64,000 nucleotides of DNA from contig CAVSOU010000004.1 of NCBI GenBank assembly GCA_963729625.1, positions 1 to 64,000 of the forward strand, written 5' to 3'. A program made the position numbers and the translations under genes. Shown one piece after another: positions 30,581 to 40,161 of this stretch (position 1 is the first letter of the stretch; each line of letters starts with the position of its first letter). Origin of the DNA: an uncultured bacterium (GTDB taxonomy: Bacteria > Chloroflexota > UBA5177 > JANWHV01). The notes under the pieces were generated by a model. The model was not told where the DNA came from. It worked only from the letters and a program-made list of their open reading frames with translations, and ran no database searches.

Positions 30581-33500
30581 ATGGCATCCCAGACATTGAT
30601 GTGGACGGTCTGCCCCAACGGAATCTCGAACGGCAAGCTTCGGCTCGCGGCCGTCGTGAGCCCGCGCCTCGAAGGCGACAGCGCGCATCCCACACTGCAG
30701 AGCTTCCCCGACATGCTCAACTGGCCGGAAAAAGCGGTGACATTCAAAGTAATGCTCGAGTATTCCAAATTGGGTGCCGGCACGCGCGGCGCGGTGACGC
30801 GCGAGACCCTGGAAGCGACTGCGATTGGCCCGACGGCGGACCCGTCGATGTGGAGGGCCATATTCGGCGACGGCTCAGGCGTGCGTGTCGACTCCTACAC
30901 GTTCACCGATGTCTCCTCGCATCCCTTTCGCACCTTCTCGGTCGCGGCCATGCGGAATCTCGTCCTGCAAAGCCATCTCAACCTGATCGCCGCGTCACCG
31001 CAATCGCCCCCGTCCGTCAAGCAGGTGCTTGCCTCGGACGCGTTCGGTCCATTGGCGACTGTCCTGCCGGTAGCCGATGCCCTGCTGGGGAAACCGGTCG
31101 TCCTCACGGCGGAACAGAAGCAGCTCATCAAACAGCTGCCGCCGTTTGTGCGAGCCTGGCGCGTACCGACCAGGAAGGGTTCGACGGTCGTGCCGGCGCA
31201 GATCACCGGACTCCGGTTCAGCATGCGTCCATCCAGGGGTATAGAGCTTCAGGCGCAGCGCGCCTTCGTGTTGGAAGGCCTGCAGTACCGCCGTCGCAGG
31301 CCGGGCCCGCATCTGTCCGCGCCGCCGCCTCCCAAGCCCGACTTCCACAACGTGGTTGCATCGCTGGGGCAATACTCCGAGGTCGCCTCGAGAGTGGGTC
31401 TGACGTTCCAGCTGGAGGCGCCCCTGCCCGCCTCGCTGCCGCGCCTCGGGCTTGGTCGGGTCCGCATCTGGGTTGTCCCGACCTGGCACGCGACGGCGCC
31501 GCAGGCGGTCAACGTCACGCCAAAGACCGTCGCCCGCCTGACAGCCAGCAGCTTCGAGGCGGTCCCGCGTGACCCGGCGAGCTCGGGCCTCGCCGGCGGC
31601 TGGCTCACACTGGGCGACACCAGCGCCTTCACCATTGTCGAGCTTGACGTGGACGGCGCCTCGATGTCGCAGGCTGCCTATATGTCGACGCTCCAGGTGG
31701 ACCCATCGGGGAATCCTTTTCCGCCTCCGCTGCGCAGTGCCGGCATCGGCGTCGCGCGCGCCAATCGCTCGATCGGGCTGCTCACCGGCGCGCAGAACAG
31801 TGCCGGCAACAACGCCGCTCTCAACACAAACAAGAGCGATCCCACCCGCGGCATTCTCCTCTACGCCGAGGACCTCACGCGGGGCTATCGCATTGACGTG
31901 TATCACCAGCCGGCCGGTCAGCAATTCGGGCAGTGGTATTCGCTGTTCCAGCGCCTGGGTACCTACTCGTTCCTGACCATGGGCCAGAAACAGCAGTTCG
32001 CCGACGAAGGGTGGGTGGGCTTCGCGGCGACGCAGGACGCCGGCACGAACGATCTGAACGTGCATGAGATGCTCTTCCGCTGGATGGGCTGGAGTCTCGC
32101 CGCGCCGCGTCCAGGGGGGGCGATGGCCGACGACGGCACGGTGCCTGCGGCGGCCGACGGCACGCCGCAGGACTCCACGCGGACAACGCCGCCCGCCGCA
32201 TCGCCCTACCAGGTCCAGGTGTCCTTCAAGCCGAAGCCCGGCAGTCTTCCGCGCCTACGCTATGGCGATACCTATCGGCTCCGCGCGCGAGTCGTCGACC
32301 TGGCCGGGAACAGCCTCCCGCCAGATGCCAGCTCGGCGGGTGTGAAGAACTCCGAGACGGCGGCGATCATGTATGGCCGGTTCGACCCGATCGTGTCGCC
32401 GGTGGTGATCCCGCGCACGACACTGGGCCCAGGGGAGACCCCGACGCGCCTGGTGATGCGCAGCGCATATGATACAACGACTGATACGTACGCTACGCCA
32501 ACGTCTGTGGAGCGGCATCTGCTGCCGCCACATGCGGCGCCGAGCGTAGCGGAGCTACACGGCAGGTTCGACGCCGTGAATGGGTCGGGAAAGTCTATCG
32601 TAGACGTCGGTGCCTATGGCACTATCCTCTCGCATGAAGGGGTGCCGCCGGATGGCGAGCCAGGGGCAACGCTCGTCGCACCGTACCTGCCCGAACCGCT
32701 GGCACGCGGGGCCACGTTCTACGGCCTGCCGCAGAGTCCCAGGACCTTCCAGCCGGTGCTGTACAGCGGCACTTGGCCCTCTATCAGCAGTGCGCGGCTG
32801 ATTCTCGGCCCGACCTCGAAGCGGCAGGCAGGGCCGGCACTGCGCACGGTAACGCTTCCCAACTCGCCGCCGCTCTCGTTGCTGCCGCCAGTCACAACCG
32901 GTGCACTGACGGTACTATTGCGTCCGGGCGAGCAGGTGACCATGTTCGTGAGCTCAACACTCGACCTGACGAGCCTGCCGCTGTTGGCCATCTGGAACCA
33001 GCTGAGTCCGCGTCTCATCTCGAATGCCGATTTCGATCTCGCGCGCCAGCTGGTGGCGGCAGGGGCGTTCTGGGCCGTCACGCCGTACAGCCCGGTAACG
33101 CTCACGTACGCCGTGCAAGTACCGCTGGTGCCGGGCGGCAGGAAGCAGCTTCACTACAAGAGCCTGCAGGCCACGCGCTACGTGCCGGGTGAGACGGTCG
33201 TCAGGCTCGTCGGGTCGCTGGCCATCGACGGCCCCAGCACCGGCACTTTCCAGGTGGTGGCAGACTGGACAGATCCCCTCGATGACCCGACGACGCAGGC
33301 GCCGGGTACGGTCGCGCACAGCACCAACGCGCTTTTGAAGCATGTCTTGCCCAACCAAATGGAGCTTCTTCTCAAGGGTCGGACCGGCGATCTCCATGAA
33401 GTTGGAGATACGAAGGCCCACACCATCACCTACAGCGGCGTCGCGACTACCCGCTACGCCGACTGTTTTGATCCGGAGACATCACCGCTCACGCGCCCAT

Positions 33501-34690
33501 GCACGGCCATCACGGCGAGCGTGCCAAGCTCCGCGCGACCCGCTCCGCCGGCGGTACGCTACGCGATTCCCTCCGTCGGCTGGAGCGCGCGGCCGCGTGC
33601 CGGCTCCGAGAACGGCAGGCCGATCACAAGTCGGCGCACCGGGGGCAGCCTGAGGATCTATCTCGACCGGCCCTGGTATTCATCGGGTGAGGGTGAGCTG
33701 CTGGGAGTGGTGTATTACCCGCCGCAACCGCCGGCAGGCCAGGCCTCGGGAACGCACGCGCTCGGAGGGCAGCGCATAGTTCCGCCCGACCAATTGCGGC
33801 CTTACGTCACCCAGTGGGGAGTCGATCCCGTCCATGGCGGGGTTCCCACATTCGCGCCGAGCCAGCAGCCCGACGAATATATCGCGTCAAACATCAGCAA
33901 GCCCTCCAACTGGCCGGTTGCCGTGGCATTCACGAGCCAGTCTGTGGTTATAGCACAGAATGGAACCTGCTTTGATGGCACGGCGGAAGTTCCGGCCGGG
34001 GCGAGCCTGGCCGGCCTCAAGCTGGATGAGATGACGGGCCGGACCGATAGCGCCGGCAGCCTGAATGTCTCAGTAGCGCCGTACGCGGTGACGTTCGACG
34101 CGGACCGCCGCCTCTGGTACGCCGACATCCAGCTCAATATCGGCCTGGCGCACATGCCGATCGTACGGCTCGCCCTGGTCCGCTACCAGCCCAACTCGAT
34201 CGCGGGGGTGGAGCTGAGCCGAGTGATGCTTGCCGACATTATCCAGCTCCTGCCCGACCGGACGGCCACCCTCACTGTTTCCGGCGCCTCCGCGACCGTG
34301 AGTGTCACGGGACATAGCTACGCGACGCTCGATACGTACCGGCGCGAGGAGAGCACGTTGCCGCTGCACACGGGTACTTTGCTCACGGACTACTATCGCT
34401 TCCAGTGGCCGCGCTTCACGGCCACGTTGGAAGAGGCAGCGCACGTCTCCAGCGACCTGCAGGCCTGGAGAGCCGTCTCCGAACCGCTTGTCATGCAGTT
34501 TGACCAGGGAACGCAGTACGCCGAGTCGTTCGTCGTGCGGGCAGCGTTCAACAATCTCGAGCGCGGCACGCAGTACCGGATCGTGGTTCGCGAGTACGAA
34601 GGGGCGATGACCGATGCCAACCGCTCAGATCGACAAGACGTCTCTAGCCGTCTGGTGTACGCCGATGCGCTCGACTTGCCGCGTCTATAA
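30581..34690 (+). CDS. Giant hypothetical protein (1369 aa), operon partner
   Basis: GAGGAG RBS, starts 15 nt after the preceding stop, no signal peptide, Pro/Gly/aromatic beta-type motifs such as YRLRARVVDLAGNS. Confidence 0.9.
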   Translation: MASQTLMWTVCPNGISNGKLRLAAVVSPRLEGDSAHPTLQSFPDMLNWPEKAVTFKVMLEYSKLGAGTRGAVTRETLEATAIGPTADPSMWRAIFGDGSGVRVDSYTFTDVSSHPFRTFSVAAMRNLVLQSHLNLIAASPQSPPSVKQVLASDAFGPLATVLPVADALLGKPVVLTAEQKQLIKQLPPFVRAWRVPTRKGSTVVPAQITGLRFSMRPSRGIELQAQRAFVLEGLQYRRRRPGPHLSAPPPPKPDFHNVVASLGQYSEVASRVGLTFQLEAPLPASLPRLGLGRVRIWVVPTWHATAPQAVNVTPKTVARLTASSFEAVPRDPASSGLAGGWLTLGDTSAFTIVELDVDGASMSQAAYMSTLQVDPSGNPFPPPLRSAGIGVARANRSIGLLTGAQNSAGNNAALNTNKSDPTRGILLYAEDLTRGYRIDVYHQPAGQQFGQWYSLFQRLGTYSFLTMGQKQQFADEGWVGFAATQDAGTNDLNVHEMLFRWMGWSLAAPRPGGAMADDGTVPAAADGTPQDSTRTTPPAASPYQVQVSFKPKPGSLPRLRYGDTYRLRARVVDLAGNSLPPDASSAGVKNSETAAIMYGRFDPIVSPVVIPRTTLGPGETPTRLVMRSAYDTTTDTYATPTSVERHLLPPHAAPSVAELHGRFDAVNGSGKSIVDVGAYGTILSHEGVPPDGEPGATLVAPYLPEPLARGATFYGLPQSPRTFQPVLYSGTWPSISSARLILGPTSKRQAGPALRTVTLPNSPPLSLLPPVTTGALTVLLRPGEQVTMFVSSTLDLTSLPLLAIWNQLSPRLISNADFDLARQLVAAGAFWAVTPYSPVTLTYAVQVPLVPGGRKQLHYKSLQATRYVPGETVVRLVGSLAIDGPSTGTFQVVADWTDPLDDPTTQAPGTVAHSTNALLKHVLPNQMELLLKGRTGDLHEVGDTKAHTITYSGVATTRYADCFDPETSPLTRPCTAITASVPSSARPAPPAVRYAIPSVGWSARPRAGSENGRPITSRRTGGSLRIYLDRPWYSSGEGELLGVVYYPPQPPAGQASGTHALGGQRIVPPDQLRPYVTQWGVDPVHGGVPTFAPSQQPDEYIASNISKPSNWPVAVAFTSQSVVIAQNGTCFDGTAEVPAGASLAGLKLDEMTGRTDSAGSLNVSVAPYAVTFDADRRLWYADIQLNIGLAHMPIVRLALVRYQPNSIAGVELSRVMLADIIQLLPDRTATLTVSGASATVSVTGHSYATLDTYRREESTLPLHTGTLLTDYYRFQWPRFTATLEEAAHVSSDLQAWRAVSEPLVMQFDQGTQYAESFVVRAAFNNLERGTQYRIVVREYEGAMTDANRSDRQDVSSRLVYADALDLPRL

Positions 34691-34706
34691 GGCCGCGTCC
34701 CGGGTG

Positions 34707-36320
34707 ATGCGGGGACTGCTCTGCACCGTGCTCCTCGCCGCGGGCGCCGTCGCTTCTTCGCCATCGCCAGTTCGGGCAAGCCCGGATCGCGAAGCAAGCA
34801 GGCTCGTCCCGATCGTGGTCGTCGTCGGCGATCTTGGAGCCGTGACGGAAGGCAAGGCGGTGAGCGGGATCATCGCCACGTTTCCTCTTGCTTCCGGGTG
34901 CGGTGCCGCGGAATGCTTCCGCGCGAGCATCGGCTGGGGGGACGAAAGCACAGGTCTTGGCGTCGTGCAGGTGGCGTCCGACAACTCCGCGTACACGGTG
35001 ACCGGCGCGCACACCTGGCCGGCGGCAGGTCAGTACACGCTCGTCGTTCAGGTGTTCGGCATCGACGGATCCATTGGTGTCGGCGCCAGGACCATAGCCG
35101 TCGATGACGCACCGCTGACCGCGTGGGGCATGACGCTCACCGGCATGACCAGCGTGCCCATCAGCGGGTTTATCGCCACGTTAATCGACGCGAACGCGTA
35201 CGCCACGGCGGCGAGCTTCGACGCGAGCATCGACTGGGGAGACGGAAGCACAACTGGTGGCCAGGTCGTCGCATGGGGCGGCGTGGGAGGCAACTCGGGC
35301 CTGGCAGTAACCGGCACGCACACCTATGCGACCCCGTCGACGTATGCCGTCACCGTTCACATCGTCGATCATGGCGGCGCGACGGTGCTGGCGAACTCGA
35401 CAGTGACGATTGCCGGGCCGCCTACCGAGACACCGACGGCGACACCTTCGCCCACACTCATGCCAACCGCAACATGGACCGCGACGGCGACACCCACGCC
35501 TTCGCCGACGTCGACTCCCTCCTACACGCCGTTACCGACGTCGACGCCTTCACCCTCCTACACGCCCTCGCCGACGCTCACAAGCACCATGTTGCTGATT
35601 CCCAAGCGATCCAGCACGGCCACACCCTCCCGCCTCGCCGTCGTTGCCACCCCGACGCGACTTCCCGGCGGCTGCAAGGTGACCACCGTGCTGTCAGCGT
35701 ACTCGTGCCGCGGCAGCAGTGTGTACTTCATCGACGTCCATGTCGGCTCAAGTGCCCGGCGAGCGACGGGTATCTTCGTCTCTCGCGGGCCACATGGGTC
35801 GTACCTGATCACCACGAGCGACACGGTGCGTGGTGCCAAGCCGAAGGACGTGCGTGCCAAGGTGGCCTACACCTATACCAGTCAGATTGGCTACGACGTC
35901 GTGTATCACGTGCTCCCAAGTAAGGTGAGTACGACCGGCCGAGGGGTGCTGGCGATCGTACATGTGTGGACTATCGGCCCACCAGCCGTGCCATGGGGAG
36001 ATTCCGGTGCAATGCATGCGGGGCAACAGGCGGTCGCGCTCGCCTTCGTGTCGCCCCAGACGCACAAGCTGCAGGGTGCGACCGGCAAGATCACGGCGAC
36101 AAAACTGGACCTGCATGACGGCAGCGGCCGCTTCTGGCTCGGTTTCAGCGCGACCTACAAGCCGTTCCTGGAGGGAGCAGCTCTTCTGAGTTCTGACGGT
36201 CTCCTGCTTGGTATCGTAGTCGGTGCGGGTCCGCGCGGCACGACACTGGTCTTTCCTGCCAACCAAGCGAAGCAGGTGGCGGCGGCCACGATCGCCGCGG
36301 CTGGGCTTCGGTCACCATAA
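34707..36320 (+). CDS. Secreted protein: 2x PKD/Ig-like domains, Pro/Thr linker, degenerate trypsin-like (S1/HtrA) domain
   Basis: Signal MRGLLCTVLLAAGAVA..VRA. Repeats ASIGWGD..VTGAHTW..GQYT and ASIDWGDG..VTGTHTY..TYAV. TPTATPSPT linker. ATGIFV..YLITT and GAALL..DGLLLGIV. Confidence 0.8.
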   Translation: MRGLLCTVLLAAGAVASSPSPVRASPDREASRLVPIVVVVGDLGAVTEGKAVSGIIATFPLASGCGAAECFRASIGWGDESTGLGVVQVASDNSAYTVTGAHTWPAAGQYTLVVQVFGIDGSIGVGARTIAVDDAPLTAWGMTLTGMTSVPISGFIATLIDANAYATAASFDASIDWGDGSTTGGQVVAWGGVGGNSGLAVTGTHTYATPSTYAVTVHIVDHGGATVLANSTVTIAGPPTETPTATPSPTLMPTATWTATATPTPSPTSTPSYTPLPTSTPSPSYTPSPTLTSTMLLIPKRSSTATPSRLAVVATPTRLPGGCKVTTVLSAYSCRGSSVYFIDVHVGSSARRATGIFVSRGPHGSYLITTSDTVRGAKPKDVRAKVAYTYTSQIGYDVVYHVLPSKVSTTGRGVLAIVHVWTIGPPAVPWGDSGAMHAGQQAVALAFVSPQTHKLQGATGKITATKLDLHDGSGRFWLGFSATYKPFLEGAALLSSDGLLLGIVVGAGPRGTTLVFPANQAKQVAAATIAAAGLRSP

Positions 36321-36424
36321 CCGGCTATCCAACCTGTTTGTTTCCGGACTGCGACGCCGGTCCGGACGATTGGAGCGGGCTGTGACGTCGTTGGCATACG
36401 CAGTGCCCTTGAAATGACGGATGC

Positions 36425-36754
36425 TCAGGGGGCATACATGGCAGCGAGAGTCTCAAGCACCAACTGCTGCGTGGCCGCATCGAGCACACCGAGTTCGCGC
36501 ACGAGACGTGACTTGTTCACCACGCGCATCTGGTCCAGCGCAATCTCGCCGTGCCTGCCCTGAAACTCGCAGGCCACACGCGTCGGATAGGCCCGGCCGC
36601 GTGTGGTCATCGGAGCGATGATCACCGTGGCGATGGACTTATTCATCTCGTCGGGTGACACCGCGAGGGCCGGTCGGGACTTCTGCATCTCGGAACCAAC
36701 GGTGGGGTCGAGCGAGACCAAGTAGATGGCAAAGCGGCGGACTACCACTGCCAT
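36425..36754 (-). CDS. mazF: Type II toxin, PemK/MazF family endoribonuclease
   Basis: IYLVSLDPTVGSEMQKSRPAL.VSPDEMN..VIIAPMTT, LDQMRVV.KSRL. Confidence 0.93.
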   Translation of the reverse strand: MAVVVRRFAIYLVSLDPTVGSEMQKSRPALAVSPDEMNKSIATVIIAPMTTRGRAYPTRVACEFQGRHGEIALDQMRVVNKSRLVRELGVLDAATQQLVLETLAAMYAP

Positions 36755-37008
36755 TCAGTCAGACCCCAGCTGGTCGGCGCCAGGTCCTTGGCGTCGAGCA
36801 ACGCGTCGTCGTGCTGGGCGGCCATGACCTGGAAAGCCTCCTCCCACCCACTGCGGGGGTGCTGGACCGCCGAGATCACCAGGCGGCTCTCTTCGAGACG
36901 TATCTCGACGGTATCCCGCAAGCCGGCCTGCTCGACCAGGGCCTTCGGGATGCGGATGCCCTGCGAGTTGCCGATGCGGATCAGGCGGGTGCGGACAGCG
37001 TTGGCCAT
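36742..37008 (-). CDS. mazE: AbrB/MazE/SpoVT family antitoxin
   Basis: RLIRIGNSQGIRIPKAL, PRSGWEEAF, acidic C-terminus ending EWQW. Overlaps the toxin start. Confidence 0.92.
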   Translation of the reverse strand: MANAVRTRLIRIGNSQGIRIPKALVEQAGLRDTVEIRLEESRLVISAVQHPRSGWEEAFQVMAAQHDDALLDAKDLAPTSWGLTEWQW

Positions 37009-37040
37009 GGGCAATCTCCAGGTATCGGGGCTTTCGACGG

Positions 37041-37057
37041 AAGTAATTACATTGTAG
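37041..37057 (-). promoter_or_regulatory. Putative TA promoter -10 and autoregulatory palindrome
   Basis: Minus-strand TACAAT adjacent to palindrome GTAATTAC (37043-37050), an AT-rich patch upstream of the antitoxin. Confidence 0.55.
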
Positions 37058-37169
37058 GTCCACCCACCGGTGAGATCAACCCGGATGACACGGTTCCAAG
37101 CGAGATTACCAAGCGCCGGGGAACCGCACGGTGCATAGCGATACACCTGACGGCACCTGGGACAGAGGC

Positions 37170-37451
37170 GTTACTTCGACGGCATCAACCGGCAGAAGCC
37201 CGTGGCCGACGAGCACCTGACCGTGGACGACAACCTCGAGGAGTTCGGGCCGATCTCAGATCGGGATCTTGCCTTCCTGGATGCGGAGTCAGCGCGGCTG
37301 GCTGGCGATGCTTGACGACATCGTAGACGCCGGCTTCGATATCATCAATCCGGTGCAGACGTCGGCCGCGGGAATGGATCCAGTCGCGCTCAAGCAGAAG
37401 TACGGCGACCGGGTAACGTTCTGGGGCGGCGGCATCGACACGCAACGAGTG
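37170..37451 (+). pseudogene. Internally deleted uroporphyrinogen-decarboxylase/methyltransferase-family remnant
   Basis: YFDGINRQKP..DNLEEFGPISD is joined out of frame to DAGFDIINPVQTSAAGMDP..LKQKYGDRVTFWGGGIDTQ. Confidence 0.75.
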
Positions 37452-37639
37452 CACAATTCTCTAAGATGTATGTCGCGTGTCTGGAAGTGCCTTGCTAGAG
37501 ACAAATGTGCGTGTCAGCGTTATTATGGCCGATCCGACGTGCAGCCCAGCATTGCCGACCATCCATCATCGCCAGGGTCCAGGAGCCGCGTCGGGTCTGC
37601 CATGGTGAGGCACTCTAGACGCTCGAAAGGGGGCGCCTC

Positions 37640-38203
37640 ATGAAGGTGACAAAGGATCGGCTCGACATTCAGACGAACGTGGTTGACGCGCGCGGCCCTT
37701 CAGTGGGCGAGTGGTTGTTGCTCGGCCTCAGCGTGGCAGGCGCGCCGCTCTCCCGCTATGTGCGGCGGCGCCTCGGCCGGAGAGGTGGCTACCTGCTGCT
37801 GGGCGGTTGCGGCACACTGTTTGCGCGCGACGCCGCGATGATAGCCGGCGGAGCGCCGCACAGGCTGCAACGCGTGCCGCGCTTTCTGCTCTTCCTTGAG
37901 CTGGCGCTGAACGGAATGGCCGTGATCGCTGGCTGTTGGGCGTGGACGTGCGGCGCACGGCGCGGTGATGAGGTCAAGGCAGCATCCGGGGTGGACCTTG
38001 GCGACGGAGCGCCAGGAGCACTCGCCCGCGGCACGGCACTCGTCAGCCCTCGCGGCTGGTCCCGAGTCAGTGAGGCTGCCGCCGAAGCGGCACTGGTGGT
38101 GCACGCCGGCAGGATGGCCATCTACGTCGTCAGCCCAAGTCGCGGGCGCAGCAGGCGGGCAATCAGCACGGTGACCAGCTCGCGGCCGGCGCCCAGTCTG
38201 TAG
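37640..38203 (+). CDS. Hypothetical membrane protein (contains repeat copy 2)
   Basis: AAGGGGG RBS-like sequence, several hydrophobic segments, no family recognised. Confidence 0.6.
   Translation: MKVTKDRLDIQTNVVDARGPSVGEWLLLGLSVAGAPLSRYVRRRLGRRGGYLLLGGCGTLFARDAAMIAGGAPHRLQRVPRFLLFLELALNGMAVIAGCWAWTCGARRGDEVKAASGVDLGDGAPGALARGTALVSPRGWSRVSEAAAEAALVVHAGRMAIYVVSPSRGRSRRAISTVTSSRPAPSL
37931..38109 (+). repeat. 179-bp direct repeat, copy 2
   Basis: Near-identical to 23753-23931. Confidence 0.95.
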
Positions 38204-38348
38204 GTCCTTGCCAACAGCGTATTCTCCTCTGCCGCGATGGACTGTCTAGCTAGGCATCGCCGGTGCCTCGCTCGTGCAGTGTACGCGCATTGTGCCTCGA
38301 CGTGGGCCGCGGCACGAGTCTACAATGAGCACGGGAAAGGAGACCGCC

Positions 38349-38864
38349 ATGGCAGCGTCGATTCTCGTGGCATATGCTACCCGCTACGGCTCGACACGGG
38401 AAGTGGCCGAGGCAGTCGCGGCGACGCTGCGCGAACGGGGCCTTGCGGTAGATATGGAGCCTGTCCGGCAGGCGCGGGCACTCGATCACTATGAAGCGAT
38501 CGTGCTGGGAGCGCCCTTGTACATGTTCCACTGGCATAAGGATGCGCGCCGGTTCCTGGCGCGGCACCGCAGAGCTCTCACCGGCCACCCCGTGGCCATT
38601 TTCGCACTCGGCCCATTTCATGCGGATGAGCAGGAGTTTCAGGGCGCCCGCAACCAGCTCGACAAAGAGTTGGCGAAGTTCCCCTGGCTGACCCCGGCAC
38701 GGATTGGCATCTTTGGCGGCGCATTCGACCCGCAGAAGCTTACCTTCCCGCACAGTGTGATTCCCGCCCTCAAGAAAATGCCCGCTAGCGATGTGCGGGA
38801 CTGGTCGGCGATCCGCACCTGGACGGGCGAACTGGCGGCGCAATTGCAGGAGGCGCGGGCCTGA
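38349..38864 (+). CDS. Flavodoxin-domain protein (HemG-like)
   Basis: ILVAYATRYGSTREVAE, IVLGAPLY..W, FGGAFD, DVRDWSAIRTW. AAGGAG RBS. Confidence 0.88.
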   Translation: MAASILVAYATRYGSTREVAEAVAATLRERGLAVDMEPVRQARALDHYEAIVLGAPLYMFHWHKDARRFLARHRRALTGHPVAIFALGPFHADEQEFQGARNQLDKELAKFPWLTPARIGIFGGAFDPQKLTFPHSVIPALKKMPASDVRDWSAIRTWTGELAAQLQEARA

Positions 38865-39059
38865 GCGAGCCTGGGGATGGATGTGCGGCAGGCACGGCGC
38901 TGGAGCGGTGCGTATGGCGTAGCCGGCATCGTAGCATGCATTGTGCCGACGCAGCGTTGGAACCGACGTGCCGTGTCTACAATACGATACATCGCGATCG
39001 CCACGGCCGTTATCCTGCGTGCGCGGAAGCCAGCCCTCCGTATCAACAGCGCCAGCGTG

Positions 39060-39205
39060 ATGGTCCCTCGACGGCCGAGCAACACCTCAACGAGACCCTC
39101 GTGCAGGAGTACGAGCGCGCCTTGCTGGTACGCGCAGAGGCGCTGGCGCGACTGCAGGCACGCGGGCGCGATATCGCGCCCCTCCCCGCCCCCGCCACAG
39201 GGTGA
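39060..39205 (+). pseudogene. C-terminal part of a small helical protein coupled to the HNH gene (putative antitoxin-like); start not defined
   Basis: LVQEYERALLVRAEALARLQARGRDI. Its stop overlaps the GTG start of the HNH gene. Confidence 0.45.
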
Positions 39206-39655
39206 GCACGACCCCTATCCCTGCCGCACTCCGTGCATGCGTGGCGGAGCTGGCCGGCTACCGCTGTGGCTACTGCCTCACCGCCGAGGAGGTCGTCGGC
39301 TCGCCCTTGGAAATCGACCACCTCATGCCCAAGGCGCATGGCAGCCGTACCCGTCGAGAACAACCTGTGGCTCGCCCGCTCGGCGTGCAACAGCCACAAG
39401 TGCGACAGTACCACGGGCCTAGATCCGCTCTCCGGCGAGATCGTTCCTCTGTTCAATCCGCGATCCCAGTCCTGGTACGAGCACTTCACCTGGACAACCG
39501 GCCACGACTACGTGATCGGCCGCACGGCGATCGGACGCGCCACCGTCGCCTCCCTCAAGCTCAATCGTCCGCTCTTAGTGCGGGCTCGCCGCCTCTGGGT
39601 GCGCCCTGGTGTCCGTGCTCCTCAGGGTGTGGGCCCCAATCCACCACACCCTTGA
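39202..39655 (+). pseudogene. HNH endonuclease, frameshifted near 39345
   Basis: RCGYC..LEIDHLMP then, in another frame, NLWLARSACNSHK..PLFNPRSQSWYEHF.W..GRATVASLKLN. Confidence 0.85.
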
Positions 39656-40161
39656 GCGCGCTCCGGTTCACACTGCATGCAGAGCCGAGAGGCGCGCCAA
39701 GCAGTTGCACCACTGTGCGGTCGGCGGGAACTCGGGAGGGTCACAAACGGCACAGCTCAGCGCATACCGCGCGCTGCTACCCGTACCGTACGCGCGTACA
39801 GGCAACGAGCAGGCCGTCGCCTGTCAATACACTTCAGGTGGTCTCCATCGTGCAACGGGTAGATCTGCTCTGTATTCCGGAGCAAGTACGACGAATGCGC
39901 CTGTGGAGTGGCGTGGCGAGCGGTCTATCGCCGAGCCACGGCACAGCCGGACCAGCTGTCGCCGATACTTGAGCAATCTTCTCGGCGGCGAGCCCAGCCA
40001 GCGTAAGCCGGGAGCGTACTTCTGTTTTCCCCCGCCAGGTTGGCGGCGTCGCTGCCGTCACGGCGCTCTGCATGTATGGATGGCACGCGCCGCGCAACGG
40101 GCAGCGGCTTACGCCCAACAGCTCGGCGAGCGTAGTCGCCGATCCTGCCAGGGAGTCTTGG

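Noticed and set aside
25694-34690. Assigning the giant proteins to Tc toxin, RHS, eCIS/T6SS or MACPF families
   Set aside because: No YD/RHS repeats, no SpvB, sheath, baseplate or VgrG motifs, and no MACPF signature were recognised. Left as unknown.
35415-35590. Repetitive ACGCC/CCGAC-rich DNA resembling a repeat array or CRISPR
   Set aside because: It is the coding Pro/Thr/Ser linker. There are no constant repeats with unique spacers, and no cas genes in the window.
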